Virus record (IMG/VR): IMGVR_UViG_3300048890_000142
Coordinates: 22,651 to 86,650 of that record
Strand: one strand, 5' to 3'
Length of the DNA: 64,000 nucleotides
From: a virus
Taxonomy: Duplodnaviria; Caudoviricetes
In this document: piece by piece, positions 10,527-20,374 of the stretch
Numbering within the stretch: position 1 is the stretch's first letter
Layout: each line of letters opens with the position of its first letter
The notes under the pieces: generated by a model
Databases searched by the model: none
What the model was told of the DNA's origin: nothing
The model's input: only the letters and a program-made list of their open reading frames with translations
Made by a program: the position numbers and the translations under genes

Positions 10527-10868
10527 GTGTCCCTCCCGCTCCTCCTGCTCTTGATGACGCTCGCGACCTACCGGATCACCCGGCTGGTCGTCGAGGACAC
10601 CTTCCCGCCCGTGGCCTGGGTCCGCGAGCGCCTCACCGGGCACGAGCCCACGGTCTCGGAGCCCTACCGAGTGGACCGGTGGCGACTGATCCCCGCGTGG
10701 GTCGGAGAGCTCGTGTCGTGCTGCTGGTGCACGTCGGTATGGGTGGCCGCCGGCGTCGTCGGAGCAGTCGATCTTACGGTGGGGCTACCGTTACCCTTAC
10801 TCGCGTGGGGCGCGGTCGCCGCCGCCGCCGCGTGGACGTCCCACCTCGAGGAGTTCTTCGTCCGTTAG
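10527..10868 (+). CDS. DUF1360-family membrane protein
   Basis: LATYRITRLVVEDT...ELVSCCWCTSVWV. Confidence 0.75.
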   Translation: MSLPLLLLLMTLATYRITRLVVEDTFPPVAWVRERLTGHEPTVSEPYRVDRWRLIPAWVGELVSCCWCTSVWVAAGVVGAVDLTVGLPLPLLAWGAVAAAAAWTSHLEEFFVR

Positions 10869-10878
10869 GGAGGCTACC

Positions 10879-12696
10879 GTGGCGTGGCGCCTGCTCGGAC
10901 CCCGCTGGACGAAGACGCGACGCCCCGTATCGCCGACTCCACCGGCCCCACCCGAGGTCCTCACCTCCGCCGCACTGATCACCAGCGCGGTGAAGGCCGG
11001 TCAGCGCGTCCTCGTCCCGACCTACGTCAACTGGCAGCGCGAACTCTGGACCTACTTCGAGGAAGTGGGTGAGTTCAGCACCACCGTGAGTTGGCGCTCC
11101 GGCATGATGTCCCGAGTCCGGCTCCGTGCGGCGCGCATGCAGCCCAACACCGACGAGCCCAAGATCGTGGACAGCGGTCCCGCGGCCGACCTGGTCAACG
11201 AGCTCTTCGGCGGCATCAACGGCCAGGCCGAGGGCATGCGGACCCTGACCACACTGCTCGACGTCTGTGCCGAGGCATGGCTCGTAGGGGAGACCATCGG
11301 AGGTCGGGAGACTTGGCAGGTCCGCTCCACGGACGAGATCCGCGCCGGGCATTCCCGAGGTAGCAACTACGAAATCGTCGACGACGCCGAGTCCAGCGAG
11401 GGGCACCTGGTGTGGCGTCCGCTGGTCGCCGAGCACTTGGTCGCCCGGATCTGGAATCCGCATCCCCGGATCCGGCATCTCCCGCATGCCCCGGCGAAGG
11501 CCGCGCGCTCGGCGCTGCGCGAACTGAGCCTGGTCAACCGGCACATCCAGGCCCAGTACCTCTCCCGGCTCGCCTCGGCCGGCATCATCGTCCTGCCGGA
11601 CGAGATCACCTTCCCGGTGCGCCCGGAGTTCGAGGACGCCCCAGACCCCTTCATCGCGGAGTGGATCGAGACCGCGAAGCAGGCCATCCAGACCCCGGGG
11701 ACGGCGGCCGCGGCCGTTCCGATCCCGATGCGGGTTCCGGGCGAGTACGTCGACAAGGTCAAGCACCTCGACTTCACCCTCAAGCTCGACGACAAGATCA
11801 TCGAGAAGCGCGACTCGGCGCGCCACCAGCTGGCCACCCAGCTCAACGTCCCGGCCGACTTGCTTTTCGACACCAGCAAGGTCAATCACTGGGGCCTCTG
11901 GCAGCTCGAGGACGTGGCGATCAAGGCTTACATCGCTCCCGACGCTGAGGTCATCTGCGGGGGTCTGACCACCAGCTACCTGCACCCGCGACTGCGCGCC
12001 GCGGGCGTCGAGGACTGGGCGCAGTGGATCGTCTGGTATGACACATCCGAGATCCAGGTGCGTCCCGATCGGTCGGCCAACGCGCTCAAGGCCTACCAGT
12101 CCCTGGAGATATCCGGCAAGGCGCTGCGACGCGAGACCGGGTTCGACGAGGACGACGCTCCTACCGACGAGGAGCTCACCCAGATGGCGCTCCGTCGACT
12201 CGCGGTCAACCCGCAGGTCGGGTTCCTCGCGCTCCAGGGGCTCACCGGCTTCCAGCCCTTGGGCGGTGCCGCGCCGGCACCCGGAGCGGAGACCCCGCCC
12301 AACAAGGTCACGCCCGAACCGCGCCCGGTCGAGCACGTCGACCCGGGCGCGCCCCCGGTCAGTAGGGACGAGGAACCTCAGGCACCGGGCAAGCGACTCA
12401 ACGGGTCGGTCCGCGACGCGCTCGTCGTGCTCCAGGCCAACACCGATCACGTCATCGAGTTCAGCGTCGCAGGCTGGAAGCTGCGACACCCCCTGCTGTG
12501 CCAGGAGCACGTCTTCTCCTGCCCGTTCACGCACGTCACCTCGCAGGGCGTGACCGTGCACCCCGGTACCCTCGGCAGCTACGAGTGCCGCATGTCCGCC
12601 ACCGGCGAGCTGGTCATCGGATCTCGGGTCTTCCCGCGCCAGACCGACACCATCGAGGGGACTCCGAGGGCGGTGAACGGTGCCCGACACCACTGA
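10879..12696 (+). CDS. Portal protein
   Basis: 605 aa, positioned between terL and the protease; RIWNPHP, RLASAGIIVLP, NHWGLW and WYDTSEI resemble large actinophage portals. Confidence 0.85.
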   Translation: MAWRLLGPRWTKTRRPVSPTPPAPPEVLTSAALITSAVKAGQRVLVPTYVNWQRELWTYFEEVGEFSTTVSWRSGMMSRVRLRAARMQPNTDEPKIVDSGPAADLVNELFGGINGQAEGMRTLTTLLDVCAEAWLVGETIGGRETWQVRSTDEIRAGHSRGSNYEIVDDAESSEGHLVWRPLVAEHLVARIWNPHPRIRHLPHAPAKAARSALRELSLVNRHIQAQYLSRLASAGIIVLPDEITFPVRPEFEDAPDPFIAEWIETAKQAIQTPGTAAAAVPIPMRVPGEYVDKVKHLDFTLKLDDKIIEKRDSARHQLATQLNVPADLLFDTSKVNHWGLWQLEDVAIKAYIAPDAEVICGGLTTSYLHPRLRAAGVEDWAQWIVWYDTSEIQVRPDRSANALKAYQSLEISGKALRRETGFDEDDAPTDEELTQMALRRLAVNPQVGFLALQGLTGFQPLGGAAPAPGAETPPNKVTPEPRPVEHVDPGAPPVSRDEEPQAPGKRLNGSVRDALVVLQANTDHVIEFSVAGWKLRHPLLCQEHVFSCPFTHVTSQGVTVHPGTLGSYECRMSATGELVIGSRVFPRQTDTIEGTPRAVNGARHH

Positions 12697-15364
12697 ACAC
12701 GTCGGCGCGATGGTGGCCCTCGTCCCGAGCGAGGCCGACCTCGACCGATTCGCGCTGCCGGGCGGGGAGCCGCGCGACGAGCTGCACCTGACGCTGGCCT
12801 ACCTCGGGGACGCGGTCGACATCGCGCCCGGAGTCGCCGACGCGCTGTTCGGCTACCTCCAGGAGATCGCCGTCGAGGTGGGTGCGCCGATCGTCGCCAA
12901 CGCGTTCGGGGTGGCGTACTGGAACCCGACGGGACCGGAGCCGGCCTGGGTACTCAACGTAGGCGACGACCGCGAGGGCGCCGGACCCACGCTGGCCGAC
13001 GTACACGGCGCGGTGGAGGAGCTCACCGAGAACCTCGTCCCCACCCTGCCGGCGCAGCACTCACCCTGGCAGCCACACGTCTGCATAGCCTATTCCATAA
13101 CGGGAATATTTAACGACCTGGTCCAGCGGCTCGGACCGGTCACCTTCGATCGCTTGAGGTTCGCCCTGGGCGGCGACGTGCGCGATCTCGACCTGGGAGT
13201 ACGTGGATCACAGGCTGCTACCATCCGGTCAGCAGCGGGAGGTGACGCGGTGCCGTGGCGCAAGGTGCAGGACTCGGGAGACTGTCCGGCTGGTAAGCCG
13301 TGGGCCGTCGTGGAGGACGGCACCGACGAGCTCGAGGGCTGCTTCGCCGACGAGGCCGGGGCGGACGCGAAGATCGCTGAGCTCGTCGCCGACGAGGGAG
13401 AAGGCGGCGGGAGCGAGTACTGCGCCGACTGCGCGGAAGACGCCGACCACTTCAGCGGAGACACCTTCGCCAGCGACGCTCCCTGGAACGGCGCGGCCTC
13501 GCGGTTCAGCGACGACCAGTACAAGAAGGCGACCGCGGCCTGCGATCCCGGTGACGGCACGATCAAGGAACGCTGCTTCCTGCCCCACCACGAGCCGGGC
13601 GGCGCGCTCAACGTCAACGGGCTGCACGCCGCGGCCTCGCGCTTCAACCAGGTCAGCGGACACGACCCCGGTGCCGTAGCGCGGGCGAAGTCCCACCTGC
13701 GCTCACACTACGGAGAGGTGGGCGAGGACGTGCCCGACGTACTCAAGGCCGAGGGAGAGGTCGTGACCGCGGCCGCCCCGCAGTCCGGTGACTGCGGTCC
13801 CGGGTACCACAAGATGCCCGACGGCTCCTGCATGAGCGACGCCGAAATGGAGATCGCCGCGCGCTGGTCCGGCGTGCTGTGCGTGGAGGGGACCCCCACC
13901 GGGGACGGTCGAGAGTTCTCGCCCGACGCCCTGGACTGGGCCGATCACATGCTGCTGCGCTGGCAGAAGGAAGGCAGCCACGGCGGGGAGCACGACGTCA
14001 CGGTGACCGTCGGGCGAATTGACCGGGCCTGGCGCGACGGCCCCCTGGTGCGCGGCGAGGGCATGTTCGACCTGATGAACCCGGACGGCTTCGAGGTCCG
14101 GCGTCGGCTGGCCAGCGGGTTCGCCGGCGGCGTCTCCATCGACGCGGACGACATCGAGGACGCCGACGTCGAGCTGGTCTGGCCGGAGACCGACGACTCC
14201 GAGGTCACCGAGCTGTCCGAAGGGGACGAGATCCTCAACATGCTCTTCGGACGACCGATGAAGACCATCTACCACGGTGGGCGGGTGAGGGCCGCGACCT
14301 TGGTCGACATCCCGGCATTCGTCGAGGCCGCGATCGCGCTCACCGGCGAGGAGGGTGACGCGCAGACCGTCGCGGCGAGCGGTCACCCGGTAATCGTTTC
14401 CGACGCCCCGTGGGCCTACACGATTCGGATGCACCGCGAGCTCCCGAACGACGCCTACGCCTGGGTCGCGGCCGACGGGACGTCGCGCTCGCTGCCGCAC
14501 CACGAGCTGGTCGACGGCGAGATCGGGCCGGCGAACGTCACTGCCTGCGCGGCCGCGATCGCTAAACTCTCTACGCAGGGAGTGCTGCCGACCGCGTACG
14601 AGATTCGTGCGGCCTACGCGCATCTCGCCAAGCACCTCCGCGACGCTGGTCAGGTGCCCCCGCCCTTGGACCTCGGCGAGGGGACGCTGGTCGCCGCGGT
14701 GGACTCCGAGATGTGGCGACCTCCGCGCGAGTGGTTCCGAAACCCCCAGCTCAACGTGCCGCTGGGTACCGTGATCACCGACGACGGCCAGGTCTACGGA
14801 CACATCGCGCACTGGCAGGACTGTCACATCGGCTTCGAAGACGTGTGTACGTCACCGCCTCGCGAAGACGGTCACCCCTACTTCATGACCGGCGAGGTCG
14901 TGTGCGCGGACGGCTCGCGGGTCTCGGTCGGGCAGATCACCGTCGGCATCGGACACGCACCGTCGCACTACAAGGCCGGTCGCGCCACGGAACACTACGA
15001 CAACACGTCCGCGGTCGTCGCTGACGTGGCGGTGGGCAACGACGCGTACGGCATCTGGATGGCCGGGGCGGTTCGGCCGCACGCCGAGTCCAAGCGCGTG
15101 TACGACCTGCGCGCGTCCGGCCGGGTCAGCGGTGACTGGCGCCGGATCGGTAACCAGCTTCGACTGGTCGGGGTGCTGGGGGTCAACGTCGCCGGCTTCC
15201 TGATGCCGAACCTCACCGTGCGCGTGGCCAGCGGGGTCCAGACCGCCCTGGTCGCGGCCGGCATCCCGAAGGTCGGACCGCCTCCGATCACCGAGCACGA
15301 CCTCGACCAGCGCGCCCTACGGCTCATGATGGACAGGGTGGCCGCGCGAGTGCGCGGGACCTGA
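12680..15364 (+). CDS. Multidomain fusion of a 2H phosphoesterase and a capsid maturation protease
   Basis: HLT (H36) and HVC (H133) 2H motifs; central EGTPTGDGR..VGRI..GGVSID..AATLVDIPAF protease-like block; C-terminal GHIAHW..CHIG..HYDNT domain. Confidence 0.75.
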   Translation: MPDTTEHVGAMVALVPSEADLDRFALPGGEPRDELHLTLAYLGDAVDIAPGVADALFGYLQEIAVEVGAPIVANAFGVAYWNPTGPEPAWVLNVGDDREGAGPTLADVHGAVEELTENLVPTLPAQHSPWQPHVCIAYSITGIFNDLVQRLGPVTFDRLRFALGGDVRDLDLGVRGSQAATIRSAAGGDAVPWRKVQDSGDCPAGKPWAVVEDGTDELEGCFADEAGADAKIAELVADEGEGGGSEYCADCAEDADHFSGDTFASDAPWNGAASRFSDDQYKKATAACDPGDGTIKERCFLPHHEPGGALNVNGLHAAASRFNQVSGHDPGAVARAKSHLRSHYGEVGEDVPDVLKAEGEVVTAAAPQSGDCGPGYHKMPDGSCMSDAEMEIAARWSGVLCVEGTPTGDGREFSPDALDWADHMLLRWQKEGSHGGEHDVTVTVGRIDRAWRDGPLVRGEGMFDLMNPDGFEVRRRLASGFAGGVSIDADDIEDADVELVWPETDDSEVTELSEGDEILNMLFGRPMKTIYHGGRVRAATLVDIPAFVEAAIALTGEEGDAQTVAASGHPVIVSDAPWAYTIRMHRELPNDAYAWVAADGTSRSLPHHELVDGEIGPANVTACAAAIAKLSTQGVLPTAYEIRAAYAHLAKHLRDAGQVPPPLDLGEGTLVAAVDSEMWRPPREWFRNPQLNVPLGTVITDDGQVYGHIAHWQDCHIGFEDVCTSPPREDGHPYFMTGEVVCADGSRVSVGQITVGIGHAPSHYKAGRATEHYDNTSAVVADVAVGNDAYGIWMAGAVRPHAESKRVYDLRASGRVSGDWRRIGNQLRLVGVLGVNVAGFLMPNLTVRVASGVQTALVAAGIPKVGPPPITEHDLDQRALRLMMDRVAARVRGT

Positions 15365-15377
15365 ACGGAGGACGACG

Positions 15378-15542
15378 ATGTGCAACTGCCGCAAGAGGAA
15401 GACCACCATCGACTCGGGTACCGCCGCCGGTCAGCAGCTCACTGACCAGCAGGTAAGCGAGCTGGTCGCGTCTGCCCAGACCATCGCCACTGCGGCTGGA
15501 CAGCGTCCAATAACACCGTCATCGAATACTGCTACACTCTGA
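15378..15542 (+). CDS. Small MCxC-start protein between protease and capsid (54 aa; absent from the ORF track)
   Basis: GGAGG RBS; MCNCRKRK...; TGA at 15540-15542. Confidence 0.6.
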   Translation: MCNCRKRKTTIDSGTAAGQQLTDQQVSELVASAQTIATAAGQRPITPSSNTATL

Positions 15543-15592
15543 TCCAGTCTTAGCGCGCGGACGTCCGCACGCCCTCACTACCGGAGGCAATC

Positions 15593-17374
15593 GTGCCCGA
15601 CAAGCCTGAGGAGCTCGTGAGCGTTCCCGCAGACCTCACGCTCGTCGGTGACGACGAGCTCTCGCAGCTCGAGGTGCGCGTCACGGAGGAGTTCGACCGC
15701 ATCAACGAGGCGGACGTGACCCCGGACGGGCTCCAGTACGCGATGCAGCTCGCGGACCACGCGGACCGTATCCGAGCCGAGCTCGCGGCGCGGGTCGCCC
15801 GCACCGAGCACGCCGAGGCCCAGCACCGCGCCGCGATGCTGAAGACCCAGCAGACCCTCCGGGCTCGCATGGACCGAGGCGGCGCCGAGGGCGATGCCGG
15901 TGGTGCCGTAGCCGGAGGTGAGTCCGGGGGAGTTGACGCCGAGGCCATCGCCGCCGCGGCGGCTCGCGGTGCTACCGCGGCACTGGTGGCCGCCCTGGGC
16001 GACCGGGTGGTCGGTCGGAGCCTGGTGCAGGTGACCGAGCGGGCCGAGGGCAGCCTGAGCGCCGCACGGCGCTACCAGCCGGCCACGAAGGCGCCCGAGA
16101 AGCGACTCACGGTCACCGCGAGCGTGGACATCCCGGGCGTCGCCCGCGGTGAGGGCATCACCAACCTCGACCACCTGACCGAGATCGTCCGGCGCAAGGC
16201 ACGGTCGATGCCGGTTACCAACAAGAACCCGAACCAGCAACTCGTGGCGAGCATCCGCAACGAGTTCGACCACACCGTGGACGACCGCACGAGCCCCGGG
16301 CAGATCGACGAGCTGTTCCGGTACCTGACCTCCAAGGACAAGCAGGACTCCCTGGTGGCCGCCGGCGGCTGGTGCGCGCCGTCGGAGATCCGCTACGACT
16401 TCTTCAACATCGCCTGCGCGGACGGCTTGGTCGACCTACCGACCTTCGGCGTGAGTCGCGGTGGCGTGCAGGTACCGGTCTCCCCGTCCTTGGCCGACGT
16501 GCTCGGGACCAACCCGAACCAGGCGTTCGGCGGGTTCAGCGTGGCGTTCAACGTCAACAGCATCCCGTGGCTGTGGACCGAAGCGAGCGACATCGCGGCC
16601 GTGACCGGCTCTCCGACCAAGCACTGCATCCGGGTACCGTGCCCGACCTTCACCGACCGGCGCCTCGAGTGCTACGGCATCTGCGTCACCGCCGGCAACC
16701 TCACTGACGACGCCTACCCCGAGAGCACCGCCAACTTCATCAAGTTGATGATGGCCGCGCACGCGCACGCCATGAACGGTCAGATCATCAACACGATGGT
16801 CAGCCTCAGCTCGGCGAGCATCAGCACCGGCGGCTACGCGGTCACCAACCCGGCCTACCAGCAGATCTTCGGCGGCATCTCGCTCGGCGTGGTCGACTAC
16901 CGGGCCCGCTACGGCATGTGCGAAGACGACGTCCTCGAGGTCGTGGCTCCGTTCTGGTTGAAGTCCGTCATCCGGGCAGACCTCGCGCACCGTACCGGCA
17001 TCGAGCCCGACCAGGTCTCCGACGCGACGATCGACGGTTGGTTCACCGACCTGAACGTCCGAGTCCAGTGGGTCAACGACTGGCAGGTGCGCGGCTCCGG
17101 TCAGTTCGGCAACGCCACCCCGATGACCGCGTGGCCGGTCACCGCCGACGTCATGATCTACGCCGCCGGCACGTTCCTCCTGGGCAACGGCCTCTCGCTG
17201 GACCTCGGCGTGGTCCGCGACAGCGCGCTCAACGCGACCAACGACCACACCGCGGCCTGGACCGAGGAGTGCCACCTGGTCACCCGCGTCGGCCACGAGG
17301 CCCGGCGCTACAGCATCGCCTTCAACGTGGACGGCCGGACCGGCCAGGCCAACATCACCGGCGCCAACCTGTAG
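15593..17374 (+). CDS. Major capsid protein (HK97 fold) with N-terminal scaffold-like extension; probable hexamer MCP
   Basis: Helical/coiled N-terminal ~200 aa followed by AAGGWCAPSEIRYDF; size and position. Confidence 0.85.
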   Translation: MPDKPEELVSVPADLTLVGDDELSQLEVRVTEEFDRINEADVTPDGLQYAMQLADHADRIRAELAARVARTEHAEAQHRAAMLKTQQTLRARMDRGGAEGDAGGAVAGGESGGVDAEAIAAAAARGATAALVAALGDRVVGRSLVQVTERAEGSLSAARRYQPATKAPEKRLTVTASVDIPGVARGEGITNLDHLTEIVRRKARSMPVTNKNPNQQLVASIRNEFDHTVDDRTSPGQIDELFRYLTSKDKQDSLVAAGGWCAPSEIRYDFFNIACADGLVDLPTFGVSRGGVQVPVSPSLADVLGTNPNQAFGGFSVAFNVNSIPWLWTEASDIAAVTGSPTKHCIRVPCPTFTDRRLECYGICVTAGNLTDDAYPESTANFIKLMMAAHAHAMNGQIINTMVSLSSASISTGGYAVTNPAYQQIFGGISLGVVDYRARYGMCEDDVLEVVAPFWLKSVIRADLAHRTGIEPDQVSDATIDGWFTDLNVRVQWVNDWQVRGSGQFGNATPMTAWPVTADVMIYAAGTFLLGNGLSLDLGVVRDSALNATNDHTAAWTEECHLVTRVGHEARRYSIAFNVDGRTGQANITGANL

Positions 17375-17421
17375 TACTCGGCCGAGTGGGCGGAGGCGAA
17401 TCGGAGAGAGTGAGGTGAACG

Positions 17422-18321
17422 GTGGCCGGACCCCGGTTGATCATCGAGCCGCCGTCGTTCACCCCGTCTCCGTACGGTTTACTCACGGTCGCGCAGTTGC
17501 TCGATCCGCCGACCCCTCACTGGCAGAACGGGCTGACCTGGGAGTCGCGTTGCATGGACCCCGGCATGGGATCCTCGACCTACGACGAGTGCATCGCGGT
17601 GACCGGGGTCGGCTCGATCCCGGAGCCGAGCCAGAAGACGCCGAACACTCACCAGGTGCTGCGAGGGGCTACTCCGTTTACGCCGTTTACTCGATTCGAC
17701 TGCTCTCCCGTCGGGCTACCCGACGCGGCGGCCATGGCCCGGGACGCGCTCGCTCAAAGCGAGGCGTGGCAGGTCGAGCGGGCGTTCTGGACGGGGTTGG
17801 TGGACGGAAAGCTGATCGCGTTCCCGCATTTGGCGGCCAACGACGACGTCTTCGACGCGCAGGGGGCCGAACTCCAGTCGGCTGCCACCGTGGTCACCTC
17901 CGGTACCGCAGTAGACCTGGCCACTGGGCTCGGCCTACTGGAGGAGGGCCTGGGTAACTGCTACAACGGTCGAGGCGTGGTGCATGTCCCGGTAAGGGTG
18001 CTACCCACGCTGGACATGCACGGCATCGTACGAGTCGTCGGAGATCACCTCGAGACCCTCAAGGGAAACCTCCTCTCCGTAGGCGCCGGATATCCCGGCA
18101 CGTCCCCGACCGGCGCGAACGCGGCCGCCGGCGAGGCCTGGATCTACGCCACGGGTGCGGTGTTCTTCCTGCGGGGAGAAGTTCGGATCCTGCCCACCAC
18201 GCCGGCTTCGTTCGACCGGTCGACCAATACCATCCAGCAGATCGCCGAGCGTACCTACGTGCTGGGCTGGGACTGCTGCCACGTAGCCGCCCAGGTACGC
18301 ATCGGCGTACCGGTGACGTAG
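17422..18321 (+). CDS. Second capsid protein; probable pentamer-forming MCP
   Basis: PYGLLTVA...HWQNGLTW...ERTYVLGWDC; lies directly after the MCP, as in cluster-B-like phages. Confidence 0.6.
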   Translation: MAGPRLIIEPPSFTPSPYGLLTVAQLLDPPTPHWQNGLTWESRCMDPGMGSSTYDECIAVTGVGSIPEPSQKTPNTHQVLRGATPFTPFTRFDCSPVGLPDAAAMARDALAQSEAWQVERAFWTGLVDGKLIAFPHLAANDDVFDAQGAELQSAATVVTSGTAVDLATGLGLLEEGLGNCYNGRGVVHVPVRVLPTLDMHGIVRVVGDHLETLKGNLLSVGAGYPGTSPTGANAAAGEAWIYATGAVFFLRGEVRILPTTPASFDRSTNTIQQIAERTYVLGWDCCHVAAQVRIGVPVT

Positions 18322-18333
18322 GAGGAGACCATC

Positions 18334-19014
18334 GTGGCCGGCATCTGCGCGACGCCCATCAAGGGCACACACCTGCGCATCGTCAAGGTTGACGCCTGCG
18401 GCATCCCGGTGACCGGTGCCTCGGCCCTTTGCCTGGTCACCAAGGGCTTCGTCCAGGTCAACCAGGAGCCCGACTACGAGGCCGGCCAGGAGTTCCTCGA
18501 GAAGAACGCCGACGGCGACCTGTGCGTCAACCAGAAGGACAAGCCGCTGCTCAAGCGGATGAAGCTGACGGTGGACTTCTGCGAGGTCGACCCGGTCCTG
18601 GCAGCCTACGTGCTGGACGCCCGTCTCCTGGACACCGTGAGCCCCGCCGTTACCGGCACCGGCTTCGCGTTCATGGAGGGCGCCAACGACAATCGTTTTT
18701 CGATGGAGGTGTGGCAGCGCGTTGCCGGATCCGGTGCTTGCGATCCGTCCGGCGCGCAGCGCTACATCTACAACGCCTGGCCGAACACCGGAAACGCCGA
18801 GGTCGGCGCCTACGCGATCCAGAACGGGAAGGCGACCCTGCAGTTCGTCGCCGAGACCCAGGCCGCAGCCACCCAGTGGGGCCACGGCCCCGGCGCGACA
18901 TCGTGGCTGCCGACCGGCCGCGTGGTCAACGAGACCGGTCTGGACCACTGGCTGTGGAATATCACGACCGTGGCGCTGCCGACCGCGGCCTGCGGTCCCA
19001 CCACGCTGACGTAA
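18334..19014 (+). CDS. Major tail (tube) protein
   Basis: IKGTHLRIVKVDACG, GFVQV, EKNADGDLCV and FCEVDP resemble cluster-B-type tail tubes. Confidence 0.8.
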   Translation: MAGICATPIKGTHLRIVKVDACGIPVTGASALCLVTKGFVQVNQEPDYEAGQEFLEKNADGDLCVNQKDKPLLKRMKLTVDFCEVDPVLAAYVLDARLLDTVSPAVTGTGFAFMEGANDNRFSMEVWQRVAGSGACDPSGAQRYIYNAWPNTGNAEVGAYAIQNGKATLQFVAETQAAATQWGHGPGATSWLPTGRVVNETGLDHWLWNITTVALPTAACGPTTLT

Positions 19015-19027
19015 GGGGGGCACGCCC

Positions 19028-19846
19028 TTGAGCGCTCCCCTCACCACGCAGTTCGGCCCCTGCGACCCGTGGCCGGCCCGGTTCCCGTGCAACGTCACCG
19101 AGGTCCCCGAGGACCTGCTCCAGCAGGCCGTCGAGGTCGCCACGGAAGTCGTCTGGTCGCTGTCCGGGCGCCAGTTCGGGCTCTGCACCCAGAAGCTGCG
19201 GCCGTGCAGGAGCGACTGCGGGGACGCCCCGTGGCCCTGGGGCGGCTACTGGTCGAACCTGCCCACCGCCGGCGGGGGGAGCTGGCCGACGCCGGCGCTG
19301 ATCGGCGGTCAATGGTTCAACCTCGTCTGCGGCGGGTGCTCGGGCAACTGCTCGTGCAGCGTCGTGTCCGAGGTACGGCTGCCCGCGCCCGTGCACGACG
19401 TCGTCGAGGTGCGCCTGGACGGGTCCCCGATGGTCACCGGTTCCTACCGGGTCGACGACAACCGGCTGCTCGTCCGCACTGACGGTGGCCTGTGGCCGCT
19501 GTGCAACGACCTGAACAAGGACGACACCCAGGTCGGCACCTGGTCGGTCACCGCCCGGTTCGGCGTCGACGTCCCCGAAGGCGGCGCCTGGGCTGTCGGG
19601 GAGCTCGCCTGCCAGCTCACCAAGGCCTTCACCGGAGAAGACTGCCTGATCCCGGCCCAGGTCGTGCAGCTCATCCGGCAGGGCGCCACCCTCCAGTTCC
19701 CCAACCCGACCGAGCTGCTCAAGGAGGGCCTGACCAACCTCTATTTGGTCAACCTCTTCATCGCGACCTGGAACCCCAACAGGCTCCGGCGACGCGCCGG
19801 GACCTATTCTGTAGATTACTCAACGCCGCGGAGGACGTCGACGTGA
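19028..19846 (+). CDS. Head-to-tail adaptor
   Basis: ATEVVWSLSGRQFGLC..LRPC, CQLTKA; position. Confidence 0.7.
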   Translation: MSAPLTTQFGPCDPWPARFPCNVTEVPEDLLQQAVEVATEVVWSLSGRQFGLCTQKLRPCRSDCGDAPWPWGGYWSNLPTAGGGSWPTPALIGGQWFNLVCGGCSGNCSCSVVSEVRLPAPVHDVVEVRLDGSPMVTGSYRVDDNRLLVRTDGGLWPLCNDLNKDDTQVGTWSVTARFGVDVPEGGAWAVGELACQLTKAFTGEDCLIPAQVVQLIRQGATLQFPNPTELLKEGLTNLYLVNLFIATWNPNRLRRRAGTYSVDYSTPRRTST

Positions 19847-20367
19847 CCCAGCTGCACGGGCCCACCGCCTTCTACCAGGTGGCCTCGATCCTGGTGACCG
19901 GCGTCGCGGACGAGCTGGTTGGCAGTCTCGGCGGCGAGGTAGGTCGAGCCGGCGTCGTCCCGGCGGACGTCGTTTGGGACGACTGCAGTTGCGGGCTGCT
20001 CGCCGTCACGGTCACCCGGTTCTTCCTCTCGGACAACTTTCCCGCAGACACCACGACCACCGGGGAGATCCGCATCGGACCTTGCGATCTGCCGTGGCTC
20101 GTCGGGGAGATCCACCTCGACGTGGTGCGGTGCGCGCCTCTTCCGTCGGGACAAGAGCTCGCGCCGAGCGTAGAGGCCCTCGACGCCAGCGCCCAGGTCC
20201 TGCTCGACGACGCCTGGCGCGCCCTCAGTCGAGCGACCCAGGAGCTCTGCGCGCTCAAGGAAAACGAGATGATCATCGACTATGTGACCGGGGAGCAGAC
20301 GGCGGTCGGGCCGCTCGGCGACTGCGTGGGTACCGACCTGCGACTGCTCGTCGCGTTGGAGAGGTAG
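19843..20367 (+). CDS. Head-tail joining / tail terminator-like protein
   Basis: WDDCSCGLLAV..VVRCAP; GTGA overlap; position. Confidence 0.55.
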   Translation: MTQLHGPTAFYQVASILVTGVADELVGSLGGEVGRAGVVPADVVWDDCSCGLLAVTVTRFFLSDNFPADTTTTGEIRIGPCDLPWLVGEIHLDVVRCAPLPSGQELAPSVEALDASAQVLLDDAWRALSRATQELCALKENEMIIDYVTGEQTAVGPLGDCVGTDLRLLVALER

Positions 20368-20374
20368 GTCATCC

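Noticed and set aside
17379-17390. Perfect 12-bp palindrome ACTCGGCCGAGT after the MCP stop
   Set aside because: Single occurrence, GC-rich and without a loop or U-tract; probably chance or a weak pause site.
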